Shown here one piece after another: positions 1-8,240 of a DNA stretch of 36,610 bases. Every line of letters starts with the position of its first letter. Position 1 is the stretch's first letter. This DNA comes from a virus (Duplodnaviria; Caudoviricetes): positions 1-36,610 of IMG/VR virus record IMGVR_UViG_3300027732_000062; one strand, written 5' to 3'. The notes under the pieces were generated by a model, which worked only from the letters and a program-made list of their open reading frames with translations, was not told the origin of the DNA and ran no database searches. A program made the position numbers and the translations under genes.

Positions 1-21
1 TGAATTTTTAAAATTAGATTA

Positions 22-285
22 ATGGCAAAAAAACAAATAGAAAAATATATTCCAACAGATGAAGAATTACAATGTAGTTATATTTGTCACAAGAATGATT
101 TAGCTTATGTTATACAGCCAATAAAAGATTCAAAGAAGTATAAGGTAATTAAGTTTCAAATATCAAATAGATTACAAGTACACACTTTAAAAGATAATAT
201 ACAAGACTTAGAATTTACAGAATACGATGCATTAAAAAAAACAATGGAACTTTACACACAACATTCAAAAAGATTTAACAAATGA
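22..285 (+). CDS. Hypothetical phage protein (87 aa)
   Basis: ORF; near-identical to 31550..31813. Confidence 0.8.
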   Translation: MAKKQIEKYIPTDEELQCSYICHKNDLAYVIQPIKDSKKYKVIKFQISNRLQVHTLKDNIQDLEFTEYDALKKTMELYTQHSKRFNK

Positions 286-530
286 CAACATTACAATATT
301 ACGACAATGAAGATAATAAAAGAAGATTAGAAGAATTAAAACCTAAAGATACAATAGTAGAAAGCGTTATAGAACAATTTAAACAACGTTCTGAAGTAGG
401 AATAAAAAAATACAATACAACATTAGATAGAACAGATTTAACACGCTTAGAATGGCTACAACATCTTCAGGAAGAATTATTTGATGCCAGCCTTTATATC
501 GAAAAATTAAAACAATATGAAAGTAAATAA
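282..530 (+). CDS. Small all-alpha protein, possibly MazG-like/NTP pyrophosphohydrolase family
   Basis: RSEVGIKKYNTTLDRTDL..EWLQHLQEELFDASLY, with an EExxD motif; C-terminal part shared with 31838..32245. Confidence 0.5.
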   Translation: MTTLQYYDNEDNKRRLEELKPKDTIVESVIEQFKQRSEVGIKKYNTTLDRTDLTRLEWLQHLQEELFDASLYIEKLKQYESK

Positions 531-648
531 AAAAGAAATTATAGTTAGATTATTAAAACAAATTTATGATTTAATAGATTATAATTTAGAATTAAAAAAA
601 GAAAGAGAAGAACTTGAAAAGAAATTATTAAAATATGACAAAGAGTAA
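517..648 (+). CDS. Hypothetical 43-aa protein, haplotype A only
   Basis: Manual translation MKVNKKEIIVRLLKQIYDLIDYNLELKKEREELEKKLLKYDKE; overlaps both neighbours; absent from copy B. Confidence 0.6.
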   Translation: MKVNKKEIIVRLLKQIYDLIDYNLELKKEREELEKKLLKYDKE

Positions 649-769
649 ACAATCACCACTTCAAAGAATAAATAGAATAATAGACTTCAACTGGAAAAGA
701 GGTAATAATAAAGAATCAGTTAATGAAGTGTATCGGAAAATAATTAATCAAAGGCTACTTAAACAGTAG
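635..769 (+). CDS. Hypothetical 44-aa basic protein
   Basis: Manual translation MTKSKQSPLQRINRIIDFNWKRGNNKESVNEVYRKIINQRLLKQ; frame conserved at 32232..32366. Confidence 0.7.
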   Translation: MTKSKQSPLQRINRIIDFNWKRGNNKESVNEVYRKIINQRLLKQ

Positions 770-778
770 CTTTTTTTT
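751..778 (+). terminator. Intrinsic terminator
   Basis: GCTACT-TAAAC-AGTAGC followed by T8. Confidence 0.85.
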
Positions 779-780
779 AT

Positions 781-830
781 GTTAAATATTTGTTAAAATG
801 TATTTTATGTTAAAAAGTTGTTTATATTTG
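781..830 (+). promoter_or_regulatory. Early (host sigma) promoter with upstream GTTAA-N6-GTTAA element
   Basis: GTTAAATATTTGTTAA-N26-TATATTTG (Bacteroidota -7 box TAnnTTTG). Confidence 0.8.
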
Positions 831-853
831 TATAACAATTTAAAACAAACATT

Positions 854-1063
854 ATGACAAAGCAAGAAATTATTGAAACATTAAGTAACTGCATTGAATT
901 ATCTAATCTATCAGAAAACGTTTATATGAGAAATAGACTAACTGAAGTTGCAGAAGCATTAATACAAGAATGGAATGATTCAGATGGTTATGAAGAACAA
1001 GTTAAACAGGTTCTTAATTACGATGAAACAATGAATAATTTAAATAATATAAAAATAAGATAA
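854..1063 (+). CDS. Hypothetical early protein (69 aa)
   Basis: First ORF after the promoter; conserved at 32454..32663. Confidence 0.8.
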   Translation: MTKQEIIETLSNCIELSNLSENVYMRNRLTEVAEALIQEWNDSDGYEEQVKQVLNYDETMNNLNNIKIR

Positions 1064-1266
1064 TGAACGAACAAGCATTAATAAAAATACAATCTAAAGT
1101 AATTGGATTAGATAGAGAATTACATAAATTAATAAATGAATTAATAAATGGGCAAAGTCTTTTAAGTGACGAACATTTAACTATTATGATTAATAGCACA
1201 GAACGTGAATTAAATGTTTACAATCATATTTTAAAGTTATTAATCTATAATCAAAACGTAAATTAA
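1063..1266 (+). CDS. Hypothetical protein (67 aa)
   Basis: TAATG-coupled ORF; conserved at 32663..32866. Confidence 0.8.
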   Translation: MNEQALIKIQSKVIGLDRELHKLINELINGQSLLSDEHLTIMINSTERELNVYNHILKLLIYNQNVN

Positions 1267-1979
1267 TGATAGTATTATTTGATGCAGATAGTTTGATATT
1301 TTCAAGCTGCTACAAGAAACGTGAAACAATAGAAGATGATGGATTCCACCATAACTTAGAAGATTCAATAGTAAAGTTTGATGAAGTGTTTATGAGTATA
1401 ATAAATCACTTAGAAGATATTTACGAAATCAATGAAGTAAAAACATTTTCAGGTTCTAAAGGTAATTTCAGAAAATACATTACACCGAAGTATAAAGCAA
1501 ATCGTGATTATAATAATTTGCCACCATTGTTAAATCAGATGCACGAATATGTTAAAGAACAATATGATTCTATTTGGGGTTATGGTTGTGAAACAGATGA
1601 TGTTGTAGCTAAATACTGGTACACACTTTCAAATGAAATAGGTCGTGATAATGTTATAATAGTAAGCATAGACAAAGACTATAAACAATTTCCTTGCTTG
1701 ATGTATAACTACCATATTAAACATAAATGTATTTATGATATATCAGAAGAAGAAGCACTATATAACTTCTATGAACAAATGATTATAGGTGATACTGCTG
1801 ACAACGTAAACTATTGCAAAGGATATGGTAAAAAGTACGCAGAAAAGTATTTAGTTGATTGTAAAACCAAATATGAATATACTAAAAAGATATACCAACT
1901 ATTTAAAGAAATACACAAAGGAAAAGCAAAGCAAAGATATATTGAATGTTGGAACTTATTAAAATTAAAAACAGAATGA
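1266..1979 (+). CDS. 5'-3' exonuclease/flap endonuclease (PIN-fold, T7 gp6-like)
   Basis: Motifs DADSL, GSKGNFR, YKANR, ETDD, SIDKD, GDTADN. Confidence 0.9.
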   Translation: MIVLFDADSLIFSSCYKKRETIEDDGFHHNLEDSIVKFDEVFMSIINHLEDIYEINEVKTFSGSKGNFRKYITPKYKANRDYNNLPPLLNQMHEYVKEQYDSIWGYGCETDDVVAKYWYTLSNEIGRDNVIIVSIDKDYKQFPCLMYNYHIKHKCIYDISEEEALYNFYEQMIIGDTADNVNYCKGYGKKYAEKYLVDCKTKYEYTKKIYQLFKEIHKGKAKQRYIECWNLLKLKTE

Positions 1980-2602
1980 AAGTAACAGATAAAATAACAA
2001 TAACAAACGAGGATAATATGCTTTTAATGGCACGTTACCCTGATAACTATTTTGATTTAGCAATAGTTGACCCTCCTTATGGGATTAATGTAAGCACAAG
2101 AGTTTTTAACGATGGTAAAGATTGGGATAATGAAATACCAACAAAAGAATATTTTGATGAATTATTTAGAGTTTCTAAAAATCAAATAATCTGGGGTGGC
2201 AATTACTTTTTAGATTATTTAAAAGCAACACCATCTTATATTATTTGGGATAAAAAAATGACTGACAAACATTTAATGTCAATGTCAGAATTTGCTTGGA
2301 CTTCTTTTACTACGAAAAATTTAATTTTTAGACAACCTCCCGTAGGAGATAGAGGGTTTTACAATATTGATGGTACAAGAATACACCCAACTCAAAAAAG
2401 CATAAAACTGTATGAGTACTGTTTATCAAAATACGCAAAGGAAGGCGATAAAATATTAGATACACATTTAGGTTCAGGTTCAATAGCAATAGCAGCACAC
2501 GATTATAAATATGAACTAACAGCTTGTGAATTAGATAAAGAATACTATGACAAAGCAATACAAAGAATAACAAACCATACAAATCAACAAAAGTTATTCT
2601 AA
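1976..2602 (+). CDS. DNA N6-adenine/N4-cytosine methyltransferase (beta class), haplotype A only
   Basis: DPPY precedes HPTQK and LDTHLGSGS; start taken at the ATGA overlap (1976). Confidence 0.92.
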   Translation: MKVTDKITITNEDNMLLMARYPDNYFDLAIVDPPYGINVSTRVFNDGKDWDNEIPTKEYFDELFRVSKNQIIWGGNYFLDYLKATPSYIIWDKKMTDKHLMSMSEFAWTSFTTKNLIFRQPPVGDRGFYNIDGTRIHPTQKSIKLYEYCLSKYAKEGDKILDTHLGSGSIAIAAHDYKYELTACELDKEYYDKAIQRITNHTNQQKLF

Positions 2603-2970
2603 TGGAATACTGCAATGACTTTAAATACGATTTAAAAGTAGGTCAGATAGGTGAACAACTATTAAACGAAATACTTACTTTAAAAACAATAGAAGTTAAA
2701 CGTGATAGCTGGATATATAAAAGTGGAAACATAGCAATAGAATATGAAAGCAGAAACAAACCATCAGGAATAGCAAAATCAGAAGCAGACTATTGGGCAA
2801 TTATATTTTCAGGTGATTACAAAGATGAAATAATCTTAATTATAAAAGCAAATAGACTAAAAGAAATTTGTAGAACATATTACAAAAAAGGAAACATAAA
2901 AACAATGGGTGATAATAACACTTCAAAATCAATACTAATACCAATAACAGAAATACTAAAATGGAAATAA
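2602..2970 (+). CDS. PD-(D/E)xK-like nuclease-fold protein
   Basis: GQIGE...IEVKRD...GNIAIEYESRNKPSGI...ADYW. Confidence 0.55.
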   Translation: MEYCNDFKYDLKVGQIGEQLLNEILTLKTIEVKRDSWIYKSGNIAIEYESRNKPSGIAKSEADYWAIIFSGDYKDEIILIIKANRLKEICRTYYKKGNIKTMGDNNTSKSILIPITEILKWK

Positions 2971-3485
2971 CACAAAGATTAAAAGAAATAATATTACAAG
3001 AAACAGACACAGATATAAACATAAGAACAAGAAAGAAAAACACAGTTGAAATAAGAAGTTTATATTGTAATATCTTAAAAGAATTAAAACCAAATAGAAC
3101 ACTACAATCAATTGGCGACACAGTAGATTTAAATCACGCTTCAGTAATTCATTCTTTAAAAATGTATGAAGTATATTCTAAAGATAATAAAGACTTAAAA
3201 AAGTTAAAAGATATTATAATGAGTCACTTTATAAAAGTAGATGAAAGACAAATAGAAGAACTTAATGAAGTAGAACAATTGCAGCAAAGAATCTATCAAT
3301 TAACATTTGACAAAGACAAATTAGAAATAGATTTAAGAAAACAAAAACAAATAAAAAGATATGACTTTGAAATAATAGAAAACTTAAACAATCTATTAGA
3401 AGAAACAAAAGATACAATGCAATATGAAATAATAAACGATAGACTAAAAGCATTTTACACAATGAATAAAAACATAAGACTATGA
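2961..3485 (+). CDS. DnaA C-terminal-like HTH DNA-binding protein with coiled coil
   Basis: TLQSIGDTVDLNHASVIHSLK resembles the DnaA domain IV signature. Confidence 0.65.
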   Translation: MEITQRLKEIILQETDTDINIRTRKKNTVEIRSLYCNILKELKPNRTLQSIGDTVDLNHASVIHSLKMYEVYSKDNKDLKKLKDIIMSHFIKVDERQIEELNEVEQLQQRIYQLTFDKDKLEIDLRKQKQIKRYDFEIIENLNNLLEETKDTMQYEIINDRLKAFYTMNKNIRL

Positions 3486-3580
3486 GAAAAGAAACAGAAA
3501 CATTTATAACTGCAGTAATAGTAGCATTTATAATAATAGTAACAATAATGAGTTTAATAACATCAATAATAATACTATGA
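3482..3580 (+). CDS. 32-aa single-TM peptide
   Basis: MRKETETFITAVIVAFIIIVTIMSLITSIIIL; ATGA-coupled at both ends. Confidence 0.65.
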   Translation: MRKETETFITAVIVAFIIIVTIMSLITSIIIL

Positions 3581-3771
3581 CACCAAAAGAACAAGCAGAA
3601 AACTATATGAAACTTAAAGCAGGTTACATATCAGCAAAAGAAAGAGCACAAATACTATATGATAAATATTCAATAGAATACAATAGACAATTAGTATCAG
3701 GTGATATGCAACAATCAGAACACTGGAAAGAAGTAGCACGAGAATTAAGTAAACTATATAAAAACAAATAA
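3577..3771 (+). CDS. Hypothetical protein (64 aa)
   Basis: ORF; conserved at 34555..34749. Confidence 0.75.
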   Translation: MTPKEQAENYMKLKAGYISAKERAQILYDKYSIEYNRQLVSGDMQQSEHWKEVARELSKLYKNK

Positions 3772-3772
3772 G

Positions 3773-3964
3773 ATGCCAGATATAACAATGTGTAGTGGTA
3801 ACAACTGCGAACTAAGTTCAACGTGTTACAGATATAAAGCAGAACCAAGTCAATATAGACAATCGTATTTTTGTAAACCACCAAATAATAATTTACAATG
3901 TGATTACTATTGGGAAATAAAAACTAAAGATGAAACAGAAGATAAAACCGATACACAAATTTAA
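3773..3964 (+). CDS. Small Cys-rich protein
   Basis: MPDITMC-x4-C-x5-CYRY...CDYYW; conserved at 35338. Confidence 0.75.
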   Translation: MPDITMCSGNNCELSSTCYRYKAEPSQYRQSYFCKPPNNNLQCDYYWEIKTKDETEDKTDTQI

Positions 3965-4067
3965 TGGTGGAATAGGTGCAACACTATGTAATACTTGTAG
4001 CGTAATAATATCCATAGGATTAACAAAAGAATTATACTGTAATAACTGTAAACCAAAAATAAAATGA
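3930..4067 (+). CDS. 45-aa zinc-finger protein
   Basis: Manual translation MKQKIKPIHKFNGGIGATLCNTCSVIISIGLTKELYCNNCKPKIK; two CxxC. Confidence 0.7.
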   Translation: MKQKIKPIHKFNGGIGATLCNTCSVIISIGLTKELYCNNCKPKIK

Positions 4068-4303
4068 AAGCAATATTAGAATTTAATCTACCTGAAGATA
4101 ACACAGAATATTTAGCAACAGTCAAAGCAATGGATATGGCTAACTTTATATTTGAATTGGTATATAATACAAGAAAAGGTTTAATCAATCAACTAAACGA
4201 TTCTATTACATCACAGTTTCAACAAGATGGTATAGAAATAGTCTTTGATAAAATATGTGAATTATTAGACCATCATAACATATCAATTGATGAACTGATA
4301 TAA
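4064..4303 (+). CDS. Hypothetical protein (79 aa)
   Basis: MKAILEFNLPED start; conserved at 35629. Confidence 0.8.
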   Translation: MKAILEFNLPEDNTEYLATVKAMDMANFIFELVYNTRKGLINQLNDSITSQFQQDGIEIVFDKICELLDHHNISIDELI

Positions 4304-4325
4304 ACAATAAACAAAAATGTTTATT
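4301..4325 (+). promoter_or_regulatory. Candidate late promoter upstream of terS
   Basis: TAAACAA-N13-TTATT, same spacing as four other late-gene sites. Confidence 0.55.
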
Positions 4326-4353
4326 TTTAATTTAATAATAATAACTTTTTTAA

Positions 4354-4647
4354 ATGGAAGATAAAAGAAAAAATAATGGTGGTCATAAATCTGCAGGTAG
4401 AAAAACTAAAGTAGAAGAAGCTAAAGTAAATAATATATTTATACAAGCATTAAAAGAATTGTATAGTAAAGATACTGAAGAAGAAACAAAGATTGCATTT
4501 GTAAAGAATACTTTAATGGATTCACAAAGAGGTCAATTGTTTATTGCAGAGCATATATTTGGTAAACCTAAAGAAACGATTGAAACTACACACAATCTAA
4601 ATGACTTTAATATAAAAGATATATTTCAAATTGATAAGTCTAAATAA
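4354..4647 (+). CDS. terS: Terminase small subunit
   Basis: Directly upstream of terL; NNGGHKSAGRK N-terminus and FGKPKE motif. Confidence 0.75.
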   Translation: MEDKRKNNGGHKSAGRKTKVEEAKVNNIFIQALKELYSKDTEEETKIAFVKNTLMDSQRGQLFIAEHIFGKPKETIETTHNLNDFNIKDIFQIDKSK

Positions 4648-5836
4648 GAAATACAATCTACTTGGTTCTAATAGTAGGTATTTTGTAATAACAGGTGGAA
4701 GGGGTTCAGGGAAATCATATTCTTTGAACTCATTTCTATTGCTATTAACTTATGAAGTAGGACACGTTATATTGTTTACAAGATATACTTTAACTTCTGC
4801 AAATGTTTCTATTATACCTGAATTTATAGATAAGATTGAAACAGCTAATTTAAGCCACGAATTTTATATTACTAAAGACGAAATCATAAATAAAAAAACA
4901 GGGTCTAAGATTCTATTTAAAGGTATTAAAACAAGTAGTGGAACACAAACTGCAAGTTTAAAATCATTAGCAGGAGTTACAACTTGGGTATTAGATGAAG
5001 CAGAAGAATTAAACGATGAAGAAATATTTGAAAAGATAGACTTCAGTATAAGAACTAAAGGAATTCAGAATAGAGTTTTATTAGTATTGAATCCAGCAAC
5101 TAAAGAACATTTTATTTATAAGAAATTCTTTGAAGATAAAGGAGTTCAAGCAGGAAGTAATTTAATCAAAGGTGATACAACGTACATTCATACAACTTAT
5201 GAAGATAACATTGAAAACTTATCTGAATCATTTATTAATCAAATAGAGAATATAAAGAAACGTAGACCTGAAAAGTATAAGCATCAAATCTTAGGTGGGT
5301 GGTTAGATAAAGCAGAAGGAGTTATATTTACTAACTGGACTATAGGCAAGTATGAACAAGTAGGAACATCAGTATTTGGACAAGATTTTGGTTTCAGTAA
5401 TGACCCAACAACATTAGTAGAATGTAATATAGACGCTTCTAATAAACGAATTTATATAAATGAACGTTTCTATTTACAAGCATTAACAACGAGTCAAATA
5501 CACAACTTAAATAAACAACATTGTTTAGATAGTTTAATAGTTGCAGATAGTGCTGAACCAAGACTAATATCTGAGTTACAATCGGCAGGTTTAAATATAG
5601 TACCTGCAATTAAAGGTCAAGGTTCAGTTACTTATGGAATAGCATTACTACAAGATTATGATTTGATTATAAGTCCAGAATCAATTAATTTAATTAAAGA
5701 ATTAAATAACTACAGTTGGTTAGAAAAGAAATCAAATACACCTATTGATAATCATAATCATTTAATAGATGCTTTAAGGTATGCTGTAGGTTACCAATTA
5801 GAGAACCCAAACAAAGGAAACTATTTTATATATTAA
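4631..5836 (+). CDS. terL: Terminase large subunit (PBSX/SPP1-like), TTG start
   Basis: Walker A GGRGSGKS, Walker B VLDEAEE, LNP, nuclease motifs GQDFG, ADSAEP, HLIDALRY. Confidence 0.97.
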   Translation: MISLNKKYNLLGSNSRYFVITGGRGSGKSYSLNSFLLLLTYEVGHVILFTRYTLTSANVSIIPEFIDKIETANLSHEFYITKDEIINKKTGSKILFKGIKTSSGTQTASLKSLAGVTTWVLDEAEELNDEEIFEKIDFSIRTKGIQNRVLLVLNPATKEHFIYKKFFEDKGVQAGSNLIKGDTTYIHTTYEDNIENLSESFINQIENIKKRRPEKYKHQILGGWLDKAEGVIFTNWTIGKYEQVGTSVFGQDFGFSNDPTTLVECNIDASNKRIYINERFYLQALTTSQIHNLNKQHCLDSLIVADSAEPRLISELQSAGLNIVPAIKGQGSVTYGIALLQDYDLIISPESINLIKELNNYSWLEKKSNTPIDNHNHLIDALRYAVGYQLENPNKGNYFIY

Positions 5837-5850
5837 TTAAATAAAACATT

Positions 5851-6000
5851 ATGAGCTACGGACAAATGATTGCCACAATACAATGTTATTTACATCACGT
5901 TAAGAATGTAGAAGTAATGATTAACTTACCAAGAAATATAGGTGAAATTAAAAAGATGCAGCAAATGTATTTAATAGCTTCTGCTTATTTGAATAGTTAA
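5851..6000 (+). CDS. Hypothetical 49-aa protein
   Basis: Manual translation MSYGQMIATIQCYLHHVKNVEVMINLPRNIGEIKKMQQMYLIASAYLNS. Confidence 0.6.
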   Translation: MSYGQMIATIQCYLHHVKNVEVMINLPRNIGEIKKMQQMYLIASAYLNS

Positions 6001-6045
6001 AGTTTTGTTAAATGTATTTTATTTAAAACATAATGATTATATTTG
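5996..6045 (+). promoter_or_regulatory. Early-type promoter
   Basis: GTTAAAGTTTTGTTAA-N26-TATATTTG. Confidence 0.8.
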
Positions 6046-6067
6046 CTTATAATTAAAAACAAAAAAT

Positions 6068-6232
6068 ATGAAAACATTTAAAGTTGAAGGTTGGTATCGT
6101 TACAGTAACGCTAACGAAAAAGATTATATATATGAATCTATAACTTGTACAAGCGTTCAAGTAGCATTACAAATATTTACAGAGAAGTATTCTAATATAA
6201 ACTTCTTTAAAATATATACAACGGAAAATTAA
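6068..6232 (+). CDS. 54-aa accessory (moron) protein
   Basis: MKTFKVEGWYRYSNANEKDYIYESITCTSVQVALQIFTEKYSNINFFKIYTTEN; has its own promoter and terminator. Confidence 0.75.
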   Translation: MKTFKVEGWYRYSNANEKDYIYESITCTSVQVALQIFTEKYSNINFFKIYTTEN

Positions 6233-6257
6233 ATCTGGTTAATTAATAATGGAAATT

Positions 6258-6286
6258 AGACTTACAGAAATGTAGGTCTTTTTTTT
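6258..6286 (+). terminator. Intrinsic terminator
   Basis: AGACTTACA-GAAA-TGTAGGTCT followed by a T run. Confidence 0.9.
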
Positions 6287-6290
6287 GTTT

Positions 6291-6320
6291 AATACAATTA
6301 CAACTTTATTTTATTATAAT
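6291..6320 (+). promoter_or_regulatory. Candidate late promoter
   Basis: AATACAA-N13-TTATTATAAT. Confidence 0.6.
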
Positions 6321-6333
6321 AAAAAACAATAAT

Positions 6334-7017
6334 ATGAAGTTAGAAATTAGCATACCAACAGAATTAAATGAAATTAAGTTATCACAGTACCAAGCATTTT
6401 TAAAGATAGCTAAAGATAACACAGATGAAGAATTCTTACATCAGAAAATGGTTCAAACGTTTTGTGGTATAGACTTAAAAGAAGTTGCAGAAATAAGATA
6501 TAAAGAAGTAATAGAAATTACTGAGTCACTTGGTAAAATGTTTGATATTAAAAATCATAAATTTATCAGTAGATTTAAAATGGGTGGTGTTGAATTTGGG
6601 TTTATACCTAATTTAGATGATATGACCTTTGGTGAATATACAGACTTAGACACATATATAAACGACTGGGAGCAAATGCATAAAGCAATGGCAGTATTAT
6701 ATAGGCCAATTAAAAAGAATGGCTTAAATGGAATGTATGACATTGAAAAATATAATGGTTCTATAACATATTCTGACGTAATGAAACACGCACCACTTGA
6801 TGTTGTATTTGGTGCTACTGTTTTTTTTTACACTTTAGGCAACGAACTATTGAAAAGTACGATGACTTATTTGGAGAACAGCAAGGAGATGAAGGATATT
6901 CTGCAACAGCACAATTCGGAAAACGGTGGGGCTGGTATAGTTCAATCTATGCTCTTGCTAAAGGAAACGTTACAGACTTTGATAGAATTACCGAATTACC
7001 AATTAACCAATGTTTAA
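6334..7017 (+). CDS. Probable tail assembly chaperone (frame-0 product)
   Basis: First gene of the tail operon; contains a T9 slippery run at 6821-6829. Confidence 0.55.
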   Translation: MKLEISIPTELNEIKLSQYQAFLKIAKDNTDEEFLHQKMVQTFCGIDLKEVAEIRYKEVIEITESLGKMFDIKNHKFISRFKMGGVEFGFIPNLDDMTFGEYTDLDTYINDWEQMHKAMAVLYRPIKKNGLNGMYDIEKYNGSITYSDVMKHAPLDVVFGATVFFYTLGNELLKSTMTYLENSKEMKDILQQHNSENGGAGIVQSMLLLKETLQTLIELPNYQLTNV

Positions 7018-7082
7018 CATATTTAACTTTTGAAAAGCAAAAGAATCAAATAGAATCAGATTTAATAAAAAGAAATAAATGA
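6828..7082 (+). CDS. -1 frame extension of the 6334 gene (frameshift product C-terminus, 84 aa)
   Basis: Open frame LHFRQRTIEKYDDLFG...FGKRWGWYSSIYALAKGNVTDFDRITELPINQCLTYLTFEKQK...; no ATG; its stop is ATGA-coupled to the next gene. Confidence 0.7.
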   Translation, partial: LHFRQRTIEKYDDLFGEQQGDEGYSATAQFGKRWGWYSSIYALAKGNVTDFDRITELPINQCLTYLTFEKQKNQIESDLIKRNK

Positions 7083-7534
7083 GTACATTTTACGAAATAA
7101 CACAAGCAATAAAGAATCAATTACAAGAAGATATTTTTGTAAACACAGTTACAACTGGTGATATATTTAAAGTTGATTTAAACAAACAAACTATATTTCC
7201 TTTGAGTCATATTATAGTTAATTCAGTTAGCTATCAGGGTAACGTTTTAAATTATAACATATCTATTTTAAGTATGGATATAGTAGACGAAAGTAAAGAA
7301 GAAGTTACAGATATATTTATAGGCAATGATAACGAACAAGATGTTTTAAATACACAATTAGCAGTTGCAAATAGATTCTTAGAAGTATTAAATCGTGGTT
7401 CGTTAGGTGAAGATTACGAACTTGTAAATGGTACTGCATCAATTGAATTCTTTACTGAAAGATTTGAAAATAAAATAGCTGGAGTAACCTATACATTTGA
7501 TATTGCAATACAAAATTCAATGACTATATGTTAG
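7079..7534 (+). CDS. Putative tail terminator/completion protein
   Basis: 151 aa, acidic, tail operon context. Confidence 0.5.
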   Translation: MSTFYEITQAIKNQLQEDIFVNTVTTGDIFKVDLNKQTIFPLSHIIVNSVSYQGNVLNYNISILSMDIVDESKEEVTDIFIGNDNEQDVLNTQLAVANRFLEVLNRGSLGEDYELVNGTASIEFFTERFENKIAGVTYTFDIAIQNSMTIC

Positions 7535-8079
7535 AAGTAGAAAAGACTATTAAGCGTTTTAGGGATTATGTTATTCAACAGTCAAGAAGTAACCTATCTA
7601 AAAGTGGTAAGAATAGTTCTAAAGAATTATATAATAGTTTAAAAGGCGAAGTAGTAACTGAAAACGGATTTACTATTGTAGGATTTCAAATGGCTGATTA
7701 TGGAGCATTTGTAGACCAAGGTGTTAAAGGTGCAGACCCTTCAAAAGTATCTAAGAACGCAAAGATAACAGGACAACAAGCACCAAATAGTCCTTATAGT
7801 TTTAAAACAAAAAGACCACCATCTAAATTTTTAGAAGATTGGGCAAAGCAAAAGAACTTTAGATTGCGAGATAGTAAAGGAAAATTTACGCAAGGTAATT
7901 ATAAAACAATAGGTATAATTTTAGCAAAGAATGTTTGGGCAAGAGGAATTAAACCAAGTTTGTTTTTTACAAAACCATTTGAAGAAGGATATAAGAAATA
8001 TATAGATGTTGATTTATTAAAAGCATTTGGTCAAGATATAGAAACAATGGTAGGTTATAATTTAAAAGATATAAAATGA
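7528..8079 (+). CDS. Putative neck/tail-completion protein (HK97 gp10-like)
   Basis: Basic 183 aa; LYNSL, YGAFVDQGVKG, GIKPSLFFTKPFE. Confidence 0.5.
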   Translation: MLEVEKTIKRFRDYVIQQSRSNLSKSGKNSSKELYNSLKGEVVTENGFTIVGFQMADYGAFVDQGVKGADPSKVSKNAKITGQQAPNSPYSFKTKRPPSKFLEDWAKQKNFRLRDSKGKFTQGNYKTIGIILAKNVWARGIKPSLFFTKPFEEGYKKYIDVDLLKAFGQDIETMVGYNLKDIK

Positions 8080-8240
8080 ATACAGTAAAAATTTACATAA
8101 CAGGTAACGAAAATATTCCAGCTTTTACAATTGAAAGCGAAAATACAATTGACTCAAGTCAGTACGTAATTTTGTGGGATTGTAAAGAGGAAATATATAT
8201 AGATGAAGAATTAATTGAAACAAAATATCATACAGTATGA
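8076..8240 (+). CDS. Hypothetical 54-aa acidic protein
   Basis: MNTVKIYITGNENIPAFTIES...KYHTV; ATGA overlaps at both ends. Confidence 0.7.
   Translation: MNTVKIYITGNENIPAFTIESENTIDSSQYVILWDCKEEIYIDEELIETKYHTV

Larger units (their letters stand above)
1..5042 (+). repeat. Diverged long direct repeat, copy A
   Basis: Same genes in the same order as 31529..36610; first 123 nt and last 127 nt identical, interior has substitutions and gene-sized indels. Confidence 0.97.

Noticed and set aside
1976-2970. MTase next to a PD-(D/E)xK-like gene as a type II restriction-modification pair
   Set aside because: Haplotype B keeps an intact nuclease-like gene (33580..33948) without this MTase, so the two are not an obligate pair.
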